Notes: generated by a model not told the origin, from the letters alone. A stretch of 41,857 bases of DNA from an uncultured Gammaproteobacteria bacterium (GCA_964547295.1 CAZJMH010000001.1:1-41857), one strand, 5' to 3'. Positions 23,152 to 31,957 are shown, counted from the stretch's first letter. Made by a program: numbers and translations.

Positions 23152-24348
23152 ATGGCAAACGATCAGAAACAATTCGAAAGAGAAAAACCCCACGTTAATG
23201 TGGGAACAATTGGTCACATTGACCACGGTAAGACTACTCTTACTGAAGCAATTACTAAAGTATTATCTGAGGAAGGTAAGGCAGAATATGTTCCTTATGA
23301 GGAAATTGCTAAAGGTGGAGTGGCTAGAGATTCAAATAAAATTTTAACCGTAGCAGTTTCACACCAAGAGTATGAAACTGATGCCCGTCATTATGCTCAC
23401 ATTGACTGTCCAGGTCACGCTGACTATATTAAAAACATGATTACTGGCGCAGCTCAAATGGATGGAGCAATTTTAGTTGTTTCTGCACCAGACGGTCCAA
23501 TGCCGCAAACCAGAGAACATGTTTTGCTGGCTAAACAAGTAAATGTGCCGGCTATTGTTGTTTATTTAAATAAAACAGATTTAGTTGAAGATAAGGAGTT
23601 TTTGGATTTAGTTGAAATGGAAGTCCGCGAACTTCTCGACAAATATGAGTTTGATGGGGAAAATGTTCCCATTGTTTCTGGATCAGCATTAAAAGCTCTA
23701 GAAGGTGATGAAGAAGCAAAAAAGTCAATAAAAAACCTTCTTAAAGCAGTAGATGAGCATATTCCAACTCCTGAAAGAGACTTGGATAAGCCATTTTTAA
23801 TGCCGGTTGAAGATGTTTTTTCAATTAAAGGCCGGGGAACAGTAGTTACCGGCAGGATTGAGCGAGGCAAAGTCTCGGTCAATGATAAAGTAGAAATTGT
23901 TGGCTTGGGTGAAACTCAAGAAACAGTAGTTACTGGAATAGAAATGTTCCACAAACAGCTAAAAGAGGGAATAGCCGGTGATAACGCTGGAGTTCTTCTT
24001 CGCGGTATTGAAAAGAAAGATGTTGAACGAGGGATGGTCTTGGCAAAACCGGGGTCAATTACACCTCACAAAAAGTTTGGGGCAGAAATTTATGTTCTCA
24101 AAAAAGAAGAAGGTGGCCGGCACACCCCGTTCTTTTCAGGATACCGGCCGCAGATTTATATTCAAACCACCGATGTTACTGGTGAGTTAAAACTGCCGGA
24201 AGGCGTAGAAATGGTTATGCCCGGTGATAATACCGAGGTAACCATACAATTAATTAAAAAGGTGGCCCTTGAGGAAGGTTCAAAGTTTGCTATTCGTGAA
24301 GGAGGCAAAACTGTTGGAGCTGGGGTAGTAACTAAGATAATAAAGTAA
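23152..24348 (+). CDS. tuf: Elongation factor Tu (398 aa) with a divergent switch-I/G2 segment
   Basis: EF-Tu motifs are present: [92 protein letters not shown]. The usual DNAPEEKARGITI segment is replaced by [15 protein letters not shown]. Confidence 0.95.
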   Translation: MANDQKQFEREKPHVNVGTIGHIDHGKTTLTEAITKVLSEEGKAEYVPYEEIAKGGVARDSNKILTVAVSHQEYETDARHYAHIDCPGHADYIKNMITGAAQMDGAILVVSAPDGPMPQTREHVLLAKQVNVPAIVVYLNKTDLVEDKEFLDLVEMEVRELLDKYEFDGENVPIVSGSALKALEGDEEAKKSIKNLLKAVDEHIPTPERDLDKPFLMPVEDVFSIKGRGTVVTGRIERGKVSVNDKVEIVGLGETQETVVTGIEMFHKQLKEGIAGDNAGVLLRGIEKKDVERGMVLAKPGSITPHKKFGAEIYVLKKEEGGRHTPFFSGYRPQIYIQTTDVTGELKLPEGVEMVMPGDNTEVTIQLIKKVALEEGSKFAIREGGKTVGAGVVTKIIK

Positions 24349-24374
24349 AACCTTGAAAATTTGGTAAATTACCA

Positions 24375-24692
24375 ATGGCACAAATAGGTAATAAGATTCG
24401 AGTAAAGTTAAAAGCGTGGGATCATCGGATTATAGATGAGGCGGCAAGGAAAATAGTCGAAGCTGCAGTAACCACTGGTGCTCGGGTGAAAGGTCCAATG
24501 CCTTTACCGACAAGTAGAAAACTTTTTGTGGTTACTATTAGTCCTCATGGTGACAAAGATGCTCGAGATCATTATGAAGTTTTGACCCATAAGAGATTAA
24601 TAGATATTGAAGAGGCAGGTGTGCGAACAATGGATAGTTTACAGCATTTGGATTTGCCTGCTGGGGTAGAGGTTTCGATTAAGATGGGCTAG
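24375..24692 (+). CDS. rpsJ: 30S ribosomal protein S10 (105 aa)
   Basis: S10 motifs are present: IRVKLKAWDHRIIDEAARKIVE, KGPMPLPT, THKRLIDI. The gene sits at the head of the S10 block. Confidence 0.95.
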   Translation: MAQIGNKIRVKLKAWDHRIIDEAARKIVEAAVTTGARVKGPMPLPTSRKLFVVTISPHGDKDARDHYEVLTHKRLIDIEEAGVRTMDSLQHLDLPAGVEVSIKMG

Positions 24693-24776
24693 CCTAATGC
24701 CAAATACTTAATGCTTAAAGCTAAATAATGATAAATAATAAATAATAGATTATAAATTATAAATTATTATTAATTA
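24693..24776. repeat. Twelve in-phase degenerate heptamers filling the rpsJ-rplC spacer
   Basis: Read directly: CCTAATG CCAAATA CTTAATG CTTAAAG CTAAATA ATGATAA ATAATAA ATAATAG ATTATAA ATTATAA ATTATTA TTAATTA. Confidence 0.7.
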
Positions 24777-24787
24777 CTGATTTTCAA

Positions 24788-24809
24788 AGGGCTTCGGCCC
24801 TAATTTTTT
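24788..24809 (+). terminator. Terminator-like hairpin AGGGC-TTCG-GCCCT followed by AATTTTTT, abutting the rplC ATG
   Basis: A 5-bp stem carries a UUCG tetraloop. The T6 run ends at 24809 and the rplC ATG starts at 24810. There is no SD. Confidence 0.5.
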
Positions 24810-25424
24810 ATGACAAAAGGATTTTTAGTAAAAAAACTAGATATGACACAAGTTTTTGGAGATAACGGAGAAATGATACCGGTAACTCGTTGTTTGGCCC
24901 TGCCGTGTATTGTTATTGGTGTAAGTAAAACTAATGGACATCGGGTTCAGTTGGCGGCAGGTGAAAGGAAAAGAGCAGATAAGCCGTTGAGAGGAATAAT
25001 GAAGAAAGCAAAAATAAAAACTCCGCCAGCGGTTATTCGGGAGTTTGATTGGCATGATGAAAAAGAACCAAAATTAGGAGATAAAATCAAAGTTAGCCAA
25101 GTCTTTTCATCAGGAAATAAAGTTGATGTGATTGGAAAAAGTAAGGGAAGGGGCTTTACTGGTGTAGTTAAACGCTGGAATTTTAGAACTCAACCAAGAA
25201 CACATGGTCAAAAGCAGCATTGGCGTGCGCCAGGTTCAATTGGAGCTCAAACACCCGGTCGAGTTATTAAGGGTAAAAAAATGCCTGGCCATTATGGTAA
25301 TCAAAGAGTAACTGTTCAAAACTTAACTATTGTTGATATTGATGAAAAGAATGATTATTTGCTTATAAAAGGCGGCATACCTGGTTCAAGGAATAGTTGG
25401 TTACAGGTGATTAAAAATGACTGA
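24810..25424 (+). CDS. rplC: 50S ribosomal protein L3
   Basis: The N-terminus MTKGFLVKKLDMTQVFGDNGEMIPVT matches bacterial L3. Internal motifs GKSKGRGFTGVVKRWNF and PGHYGNQRVTVQNL are present. Confidence 0.95.
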   Translation: MTKGFLVKKLDMTQVFGDNGEMIPVTRCLALPCIVIGVSKTNGHRVQLAAGERKRADKPLRGIMKKAKIKTPPAVIREFDWHDEKEPKLGDKIKVSQVFSSGNKVDVIGKSKGRGFTGVVKRWNFRTQPRTHGQKQHWRAPGSIGAQTPGRVIKGKKMPGHYGNQRVTVQNLTIVDIDEKNDYLLIKGGIPGSRNSWLQVIKND

Positions 25425-26070
25425 CCCTAATTTTAAATTGTCGGTTTTAGATAAATCAGGTAAAAAAACAACAGAGATGGAATTGTCGCCTCAACTATTT
25501 GGAGCTAAAGCTAATTCTAACCTAGTAGCTCAAGCTATTTTAGTTTATTTAGGCAACCAAAGAAAAGCTTATCCAAAAACAAAGCGCCGGGGTGAAGTTG
25601 AAGGTTCAGGTAAAAAAATTTGGGCCCAAAAAGGAACCGGGCGGGCTAGGCATGGTGACCGTTACGCCCCTATTTTTGTTGGAGGAGGAATAGCTCATGG
25701 GCCAAGAGGCAATCAGAAATATAATAAAAAATTACCAAAAAAAATGAAGAGCAAGGCCTTAATTTCAGTTTTATCGGCCAAGCAGGAAGAGGGTAAAATA
25801 AAGGCTGTCAAAGGTATAAAGCGGTTAAGAAAAACAAAATCGGCAGACGAGTGTATAAAGAATTGGTTTGGAGATAAATTTAATCCTCAAGAAAAATATT
25901 TATTAATAATTACTAAAAATTTAGAAGCAGTTAATCGAGCTTTTAGAAATTTGGCTTATTTAGACATAGTAGTAGCTGATCAACTTAATGTTTATCAGGC
26001 CTTAAATTATGATTGGCTAATATTTTTACCAGAGTCAATTAAAGTTTTAGAAAAACGATTATTGAAATGA
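25417..26070 (+). CDS. rplD: 50S ribosomal protein L4
   Basis: The motif KKIWAQKGTGRARHGDRYAPIFVGGGIAHGP is present, and the operon position fits. Confidence 0.93.
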   Translation: MTDPNFKLSVLDKSGKKTTEMELSPQLFGAKANSNLVAQAILVYLGNQRKAYPKTKRRGEVEGSGKKIWAQKGTGRARHGDRYAPIFVGGGIAHGPRGNQKYNKKLPKKMKSKALISVLSAKQEEGKIKAVKGIKRLRKTKSADECIKNWFGDKFNPQEKYLLIITKNLEAVNRAFRNLAYLDIVVADQLNVYQALNYDWLIFLPESIKVLEKRLLK

Positions 26071-26312
26071 AGTCAAGAGATATTATAAAGGAGCCGGTTT
26101 TAACTGAAAAGGCAATGGTTCTTCAAAAAGATGATTGCTACCTTTTTTGGGTTGATTTAAAAGCAAATAAAAATCAAATAAAAACCGCGGTTGAAGAAAT
26201 GTTTAATGTAAAACCAAAATCAGTTCGGACAATGCGTTTATCGGGCAAAAAAAAAGCAGTTATTAAGTTATCTAAAGGCGATGAAATTTCATTGGCAAAA
26301 CTAGATGAGTAA
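26067..26312 (+). CDS. rplW: 50S ribosomal protein L23
   Basis: The protein is 81 aa and carries IIKEPVLTEKA and IKTAVEEMFNVKP. The start overlaps the rplD stop (ATGA), and the position lies between rplD and rplB. Confidence 0.9.
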   Translation: MKSRDIIKEPVLTEKAMVLQKDDCYLFWVDLKANKNQIKTAVEEMFNVKPKSVRTMRLSGKKKAVIKLSKGDEISLAKLDE

Positions 26313-27060
26313 AAAAAGAATTAAAAAAATAACTAAAATTAGAAAGAAGAAAGGCGGCCGGGATGCAAGCGGCCATATAAGTGTTCGTAGCCGGGGAGGA
26401 GAACATAAGCGGTTTATTCGCCAAGTTGATTGGAAAAGAGATAAAAAGGATATTTCTGGAACTGTTAAAAATATTGAATATGACCCTAATCGAAGTGCGA
26501 ATTTAGCTTTAATTAGTTATGCTGATGGTGAAAAACGCTATATTTTGGCACCAGCTGAATTAGAAGTTGGCGATACAATTATCGCCGCTGAAAATGCACC
26601 AATAAAGCCGGGCAATTCCTTGCCATTAAGTAAAATGCCGATTGGAATAGAAGTTCATAATGTAGAAATTAGACCTGGAAAAGGTGGTCAGATGGTCAGG
26701 GGGGCAGGAACAGCAGCAATAATTAAAAGTAAAAAAGATAAAATGATTAAATTAGAGTTGCCGTCAGGAGAAATAAGACTTTTTAATCGTAATTCCTGGG
26801 CGACTGTTGGTCAGGTCGGCAACGTTGAGCATATAGCCAAAAAACTTAAAAAAGCTGGTGACAGCCGCCGTCGAGGAATACGTCCGACAGTTAGGGGTGT
26901 TGCCCAGCATCCGAGCTCGCATCCCCACGGTGGGGGGCACGTAAGTAATATTGGTTTAAAAGCGCCGAAGACACCTTGGGGGAAAAAAGCAATGGGCAAA
27001 AGGACTAGAAATAAGAAAAAATATTCTGATAAATATATTGTTAAAAGGAGGAAAAAATGA
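26305..27060 (+). CDS. rplB: 50S ribosomal protein L2 (251 aa, short N-terminus)
   Basis: L2 motifs are present: [59 protein letters not shown]. Confidence 0.94.
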   Translation: MSKKRIKKITKIRKKKGGRDASGHISVRSRGGEHKRFIRQVDWKRDKKDISGTVKNIEYDPNRSANLALISYADGEKRYILAPAELEVGDTIIAAENAPIKPGNSLPLSKMPIGIEVHNVEIRPGKGGQMVRGAGTAAIIKSKKDKMIKLELPSGEIRLFNRNSWATVGQVGNVEHIAKKLKKAGDSRRRGIRPTVRGVAQHPSSHPHGGGHVSNIGLKAPKTPWGKKAMGKRTRNKKKYSDKYIVKRRKK

Positions 27061-27338
27061 AAAGTTCCCAAAAAGGGCCTTATATTGACCAAAAATTACT
27101 TAAACAAGTTAAAGACCAAAAAGATAAGGGCACTAAAGAACCAATTAAAACTTGGGCTAGGGCAAGCCATATTCCGCCGGAATTTGTTGGCTACACCTTC
27201 CAAGTTCATAATGGAAAAAACTTTGTTGATGTTTTTGTTACTGAAGAAATGGTTGCTCATCGTTTGGGTGAATTTGCGAAAACTCGGACGTTTCGAGGCC
27301 ATGGACGCGTGGTAAAGAGGATTATTAAGAAAACGTAA
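27057..27338 (+). CDS. rpsS: 30S ribosomal protein S19
   Basis: S19 motifs are present: [42 protein letters not shown]. Confidence 0.95.
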   Translation: MKSSQKGPYIDQKLLKQVKDQKDKGTKEPIKTWARASHIPPEFVGYTFQVHNGKNFVDVFVTEEMVAHRLGEFAKTRTFRGHGRVVKRIIKKT

Positions 27339-27372
27339 AGAAGAAAGAATTACGATTTATGATTTATGAATT

Positions 27373-27753
27373 ATGAACTCAAAACGTAAAGAAGAAAAGA
27401 CTATTGTTAAAACTGAGGCAAAATTCTTGCCGATATCGCCAAGAAAGTTGCGTTTAATTGTTGAAGAGGTAAAAAGTTATCCACCTGAAGAGGCGCTTAA
27501 AAAGTTAAAGTTTATGAATAAAAAAGGGGCTGGTTTTTTATCTAAAGCTATTCGAACCGGGGTGGCCGACGGCGAACATAATTTTAATTTAAATAAGGAT
27601 AAGTTGATTTTTGATGAGATTGTCGTTAATGAAGGACCAGTTCTTAAGCGGAGAGATAAATCAAAAAGAATGTTTCATTACGGAATAATTAAAAAACGCC
27701 GATCACATTTGGTTGTTAAATTAAAGGAGGAAGAGGATGGGACAAAAAGTTAA
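27373..27753 (+). CDS. rplV: 50S ribosomal protein L22
   Basis: L22 motifs are present: ISPRKLRLIVEEV, VNEGPVLKRRDKSKRM, KKRRSHLVVKL. The gene lies between rpsS and rpsC. Confidence 0.92.
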   Translation: MNSKRKEEKTIVKTEAKFLPISPRKLRLIVEEVKSYPPEEALKKLKFMNKKGAGFLSKAIRTGVADGEHNFNLNKDKLIFDEIVVNEGPVLKRRDKSKRMFHYGIIKKRRSHLVVKLKEEEDGTKS

Positions 27754-28387
27754 TCCTGTTGCTTACCGGCTCGAGATAGAGGAAAGTCCATTTGAATGGA
27801 AGTCCCGTTGGTATGCAAATAAGGAGGATTATCAAAAACTGGCATTGGAAGATTATAAGGTTAGGCGCCTATTAGGTGAAGAATTGCGTTATGCTGGTTT
27901 GGTTACAACTAAAATTCTGCGTTTAAAGAACAAAATTAAGATTGTTTTACAAGTTAGTCGGCCCGGGGTTGTTATTGGAAGAGGCGGCAGCGGGCTTAGA
28001 GAGTTAAAAAACAAACTAGTTAATTTAATAGATATCCCTGATCCGGAAAAAAACATAGAAATAGAAGTAGATGAAGTTAAGAACGCAGAGTTATCAGCAA
28101 AATTAGTTGCTGAAAGAATTGCTCGGGGATTAGAGCGCGGTCGTCATTATCGAAGAAGCGTTAATCGGGCAATTGAGGCAGTTAGGAATGCCGGTGCAGA
28201 GGGTGTCAGGGTGGTTTTATCAGGCAGAATTGCTGGTGTTGAAGTTTCCCGAGTTGAAAAATTTGATTGGGGCAATGTTCCATTAAGTACATTACGAGCC
28301 AATATTGATTATTATCAGGAGCCAGCTTTAACTAAATCCGGATATGTTGGGGTTAAAGTTTATATTAACCGAGGGATGGAGGAGTAA
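27737..28387 (+). CDS. rpsC: 30S ribosomal protein S3
   Basis: S3 motifs are present: MGQKVNPVAYRL, a KH domain with RPGVVIGRGGSGLRELK, and GRIAGVEVSRVE. Confidence 0.95.
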   Translation: MGQKVNPVAYRLEIEESPFEWKSRWYANKEDYQKLALEDYKVRRLLGEELRYAGLVTTKILRLKNKIKIVLQVSRPGVVIGRGGSGLRELKNKLVNLIDIPDPEKNIEIEVDEVKNAELSAKLVAERIARGLERGRHYRRSVNRAIEAVRNAGAEGVRVVLSGRIAGVEVSRVEKFDWGNVPLSTLRANIDYYQEPALTKSGYVGVKVYINRGMEE

Positions 28388-28800
28388 TGTTAGAGCCAAA
28401 AAAAACTAAATATCATCGACAATTTCGGGGAAAATTAAGAGGCAAAAGGGTTGCCGGTTCAAGATTGGCTTTTGGAGAATATGGGCTTAAGAGTTTGGGT
28501 CGCGGTTGGATAAGTGCTGCACAGTTGGAGGCGGCAAGAAAAGCAATGACCCATTATACTAAGAGGAAGGCAAAAATATGGATTAGGGTTTTTCCAGATA
28601 AGCCGGTGAGTAAAAAGGCGCCTGGTTCCCCAATGGGTGCTGGAAAAGGAGAATTAGACCATTGGGCAGCAACTGTCCGGCCGGGAAGAATAATTTTTGA
28701 ATTGGAAGGTGTTGATCAGGAAATTGCTAATGAAGCATTAAGAAGGGCAGGAAATAAGCTGCCTGTTAAAGTAAAGATTATTAGAAAAAAAGGAAAATGA
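28387..28800 (+). CDS. rplP: 50S ribosomal protein L16
   Basis: L16 motifs are present: MLEPKKTKYHRQFRGKLRG, ISAAQLEAARKAMT, MGAGKGELDHWAATVRPGRIIFEL. Confidence 0.95.
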   Translation: MLEPKKTKYHRQFRGKLRGKRVAGSRLAFGEYGLKSLGRGWISAAQLEAARKAMTHYTKRKAKIWIRVFPDKPVSKKAPGSPMGAGKGELDHWAATVRPGRIIFELEGVDQEIANEALRRAGNKLPVKVKIIRKKGK

Positions 28801-29003
28801 AAAAAAAGGAAAAAGAAAATTTAGTTCAAAAAAATGTTTCTGAATTAAAACAAGGTTTGGATGAAGCTGAAAAGGCTTTAATTGAGGCCAAGTTTAAGCT
28901 GTCAAAAGGACAATTGCAAAATGTCCGTTTGCCAAGAAAATTAAGAAATAAAATCGCATTTATTAAAACAATAATTAGTCAAAAGGAGAAAAAAAATGTC
29001 TAA
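28797..29003 (+). CDS. rpmC: 50S ribosomal protein L29
   Basis: The 68-aa helical protein (LKQGLDEAEKALIEAKFKLSKGQLQN) lies between rplP and rpsQ and overlaps both neighbours. Confidence 0.88.
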   Translation: MKKKEKENLVQKNVSELKQGLDEAEKALIEAKFKLSKGQLQNVRLPRKLRNKIAFIKTIISQKEKKNV

Positions 29004-29223
29004 AATATTTACTGGAAAAGTTGTTTCAGACAAAATGCAAAAAACTGTTGTTGTTGAGATTAAACAACGAAAACCTCATCCTCAGTATAAAAAAGTGGTT
29101 GAAAAACGAACCAAAATTTATGCAGATGACCAAATTGGTGCTAAAGAGGGTGATATAGTTGTGGTAAAAGAAACTAGGCCGTTAAGTAAATTAAAGCGGT
29201 TTAGGGTTATTAAAATAAAATGA
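28996..29223 (+). CDS. rpsQ: 30S ribosomal protein S17
   Basis: S17 motifs are present: GKVVSDKMQKTVVVEI, HPQYKKVVEKRTKIYADD, RPLSKLKRFRV. Confidence 0.93.
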   Translation: MSKIFTGKVVSDKMQKTVVVEIKQRKPHPQYKKVVEKRTKIYADDQIGAKEGDIVVVKETRPLSKLKRFRVIKIK

Positions 29224-29588
29224 TTCAATTAAGGTCAATTTTAAAACCAGCTGGAAATTTAGGCCCAAAAAAAATTAGGGTAATAAGAGTTTTAGGTAAT
29301 GTTCGCCAAGATGCGGCGACTCTTGGTGATGTGGTTGTTGCTTCCGTTCTTAAATCTTCGCCTAATGCAGCGGTCAAAAAGGGAGAAAAAGTTAGAGCAG
29401 TGATTATCAGAACAAGAAAAGAAAAGAGGAGAAAGGACGGTTCTTATATTAGGTTCGACGACAATGCGGCAGTAATTATAGATAATGATAAGCGTCCAAA
29501 AGCAACCAGAATTTTTGGACCGGTTGCCAGGGAAGTTAAACGGAAAGGTTTTTCTAATGTGGCCGCTATGGCAAGGGAGGTTTTATGA
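29220..29588 (+). CDS. rplN: 50S ribosomal protein L14
   Basis: L14 motifs are present: MIQLRSIL, KKGEKVRAVIIRTRKE, YIRFDDNAAVII, RIFGPVAREV. Confidence 0.94.
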   Translation: MIQLRSILKPAGNLGPKKIRVIRVLGNVRQDAATLGDVVVASVLKSSPNAAVKKGEKVRAVIIRTRKEKRRKDGSYIRFDDNAAVIIDNDKRPKATRIFGPVAREVKRKGFSNVAAMAREVL

Positions 29589-29902
29589 AAATTAAAAAAG
29601 GTGATAGGGTCAAAGTTATACTAGGAAAAGATCGAGGAAGGACGGGAATAGTAAAGAGGGTTCTTCCAAAGGAAAATAAACTAGTTGTTGAGGGAATAAA
29701 TATTGCCAAAAAACACGTTAAACCAAGGGGCGACGACCAAAAGGGTGGTATAATAAGGGTTGAAAAGCCATTACCAGTTAGTAAAGTAATGGTTGTTTGT
29801 CCTGGTTGTGGTCAGCAGACAAGAATTGGTTATCAAATAAATCAAAAAGGTAAAAAGAATAGAATTTGCCGGAAATGCGGAACAGTAATAAGTAAACAGT
29901 AA
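29585..29902 (+). CDS. rplX: 50S ribosomal protein L24 (105 aa) carrying a CxxC...CxxC motif
   Basis: A KOW motif (KIKKGDRVKVILGKDRGRTGIV) and GINIAKKHVKP are present. Four Cys occur at C72, C75, C95 and C98 (CPGC...CRKC). Confidence 0.92.
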   Translation: MKIKKGDRVKVILGKDRGRTGIVKRVLPKENKLVVEGINIAKKHVKPRGDDQKGGIIRVEKPLPVSKVMVVCPGCGQQTRIGYQINQKGKKNRICRKCGTVISKQ

Positions 29903-29906
29903 TAAA

Positions 29907-30443
29907 ATGTTGAATAAACAATTTGAAGAAAAAATTAAACCAGAATTAAAAAAAGATTTAAAGGTTAAAAATACCTTAGCTGTCCCTCAAGTTGAAAAAG
30001 TAATTATTAATATGAGAGTTGTTGAGGGTAAAGAAAATAAAGAAGCGATTAAAAAACCAATGGAAGAATTAGCCCGGATTACTGGTCAAAAACCCAGGGT
30101 TTGTCGTGCCCGGCGGTCGATTTCCGGTTTTAAATTAACCCAGGGAGATCCTATTGGTTTAAAAGTAACCTTAAGGGGCAAAAAAATGTATGATTTTTTA
30201 GAAAAATTATTTCATTTAGTTTTACCTCGGGTTAAAGATTTTCATGGCTTATCAGTTGATCAGTTTGACCAGTATGGCAACTATAATTTGACTTTAAAAG
30301 ATCAAAGTGTTTTCCCAGAAGTTGATGTTGATAAGATTGAGAAGACTAGAAGTTTACAAATTACTATTGTTACTACCTCTGAAGAGGTTAGTAAGTCAAA
30401 AAAATTATTATTAAATTTAGGTTTACCTTTAGAAAAGGAATAA
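29907..30443 (+). CDS. rplE: 50S ribosomal protein L5
   Basis: L5 motifs are present: [62 protein letters not shown]. Confidence 0.94.
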   Translation: MLNKQFEEKIKPELKKDLKVKNTLAVPQVEKVIINMRVVEGKENKEAIKKPMEELARITGQKPRVCRARRSISGFKLTQGDPIGLKVTLRGKKMYDFLEKLFHLVLPRVKDFHGLSVDQFDQYGNYNLTLKDQSVFPEVDVDKIEKTRSLQITIVTTSEEVSKSKKLLLNLGLPLEKE

Positions 30444-30444
30444 A

Positions 30445-30630
30445 ATGGCAAAGAAATCAAAAATAGTTCGAGAAAAAAAAGATTTGAAATACGAAACCAG
30501 ATATACTAATCGATGTAAAATATGTGGTCGGCCAAGAGGTTACATTCGATTTTTTGGTTTATGCAGATTGTGTTTTAGAAAATTGGCTGACAAGGGAATG
30601 TTACCAGGTGTTAGAAAAGCTAGTTGGTAA
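30445..30630 (+). CDS. rpsZ: 30S ribosomal protein S14 type Z (zinc form, 61 aa)
   Basis: The translation contains [12 protein letters not shown] and [22 protein letters not shown] (CxxC...CxxC), followed by PGVRKASW. Confidence 0.94.
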   Translation: MAKKSKIVREKKDLKYETRYTNRCKICGRPRGYIRFFGLCRLCFRKLADKGMLPGVRKASW

Positions 30631-30635
30631 AGAAA

Positions 30636-31028
30636 ATGGATACAGTTGCTGATTTATTAAGCCAAATTAAAAACGCCTATATGGCTCGAAATCAAGAGGT
30701 TATTACCCCTTGGTCTAAGTTTCGCCAGAGTTTATTGGAAATATTAGAAAAAGCTGGCTATATTGGAAAAGTTAAAATTAAAAAAGATGATAAAAAGAGA
30801 AAACAGCTTTTTATTAAACTTGTTTACGATGATCAAGGGCGGCCGATAGTTTCTCAAATAAAAAGGGTTTCCCGTCCCGGATGTCGTATTTATACAACGG
30901 CTGATAAAATACCGTTTGTTCTTAATGGTTTAGGGACGACGGTTATATCGACCTCGCAAGGTTTAATGACTGGAAGTGAGGCTAGAAAAAAGAATTTAGG
31001 TGGAGAAATTATTTGTCAATTATATTAA
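30636..31028 (+). CDS. rpsH: 30S ribosomal protein S8
   Basis: I chose the ATG at 30636 because MDTVADLLSQIKNAYMARN matches the S8 N-terminus. The track start at 30624 is a TTG overlapping the rpsZ stop. GLGTTVISTSQGLMT and GGEIICQLY are also present. Confidence 0.92.
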   Translation: MDTVADLLSQIKNAYMARNQEVITPWSKFRQSLLEILEKAGYIGKVKIKKDDKKRKQLFIKLVYDDQGRPIVSQIKRVSRPGCRIYTTADKIPFVLNGLGTTVISTSQGLMTGSEARKKNLGGEIICQLY

Positions 31029-31032
31029 AAAG

Positions 31033-31596
31033 ATGTCAATAATCGGAAAACAACCAATAAAAATACCAGATTCAGTTACGGCTACCTTTAAAAAAAATAG
31101 CGTTGAGGTAAAGGGCCCAAAAGGTGTTTTGAGTTTATCAATTCCGGTAGGAATTAATCTTGACCAAAAGGACGGTCAAGTTGTAGTTAGTCGTAAAAAT
31201 GATACCAAGCGCTTAAAATCTATACATGGGACAATCAGAAATTTAATTCAAAATATGATTGTTGGGGTAACCGAGGGCTGGGTTAAAAAATTGGAGGTGG
31301 TAGGAACTGGTTATGGTGTTCAAAAACAAGACGATAATTTGGTTTTTAAGCTTGGTTATTCGCATCCAGTTGATTTTGAGGCGCCAAATGGTATTCAATT
31401 TGAAGTTGATAAAAATGTAGTTAGTGTTAAGGGGACAAATAAAGAATTGGTTGGTAACATTGCTGCCAAAATTCGCCGAATCAGTCCGCCTAATATTTAT
31501 CATGGAAAAGGAATCCGTTATCTTGATGAGCATATTAAACTGAAACCGGGCAAAGTTGCTAAAGTTGGCGGAGCCGGGGGAGGCATAGAGGGATAA
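31033..31596 (+). CDS. rplF: 50S ribosomal protein L6
   Basis: I chose the ATG at 31033 because MSIIGKQPIKIP matches the L6 N-terminus. The track ORF from 31000 overlaps the rpsH end. KKLEVVGTGYGV and GYSHPVDFEAP are also present. Confidence 0.92.
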   Translation: MSIIGKQPIKIPDSVTATFKKNSVEVKGPKGVLSLSIPVGINLDQKDGQVVVSRKNDTKRLKSIHGTIRNLIQNMIVGVTEGWVKKLEVVGTGYGVQKQDDNLVFKLGYSHPVDFEAPNGIQFEVDKNVVSVKGTNKELVGNIAAKIRRISPPNIYHGKGIRYLDEHIKLKPGKVAKVGGAGGGIEG

Positions 31597-31597
31597 A

Positions 31598-31957
31598 ATG
31601 ATTAAAAAAACATCAAAAGAAAGAAGAAAAACTAGAATAAGGGGTAAAATCAAGACTAGTGGAAAAGGTAGGAAGTTGACTGTTTTTCGGTCTAACCAAT
31701 ATCTTTGGGCGCAAATCATTGATGTTCCTAGTGGTAAAACTTTAGTCGGCGCTAACGGTAAAAATTTGTTAAAATCAAGGCCTAAATTAGTTAATAAAAC
31801 AAAAACCGAGCGTGCTTTTGAATTAGGTAAAGAAATTGCTAAAAAAGCTCAAAAAAAAGAGATTAAAAGAGTAGTTTTTGACCGAGGCTCTTATCGGTAT
31901 CATGGACGAGTTAAGGCTTTGGCAGAGGGAGCAAGAGCAGGAGGACTACGATTATAG
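31598..31957 (+). CDS. rplR: 50S ribosomal protein L18
   Basis: L18 motifs are present: RKTRIRGKI, LTVFRSNQYLWAQIID, VVFDRGSYRYHGRVKALAEGARAGGL. Confidence 0.93.
   Translation: MIKKTSKERRKTRIRGKIKTSGKGRKLTVFRSNQYLWAQIIDVPSGKTLVGANGKNLLKSRPKLVNKTKTERAFELGKEIAKKAQKKEIKRVVFDRGSYRYHGRVKALAEGARAGGLRL

Noticed and set aside
31243-31719. A 158-aa minus-strand ORF overlaps rplF and rplR.
   Set aside because: It lies antisense to two conserved r-protein genes. Its Ile/Phe/Leu/Asn-rich translation is typical of AT-rich antisense frames.
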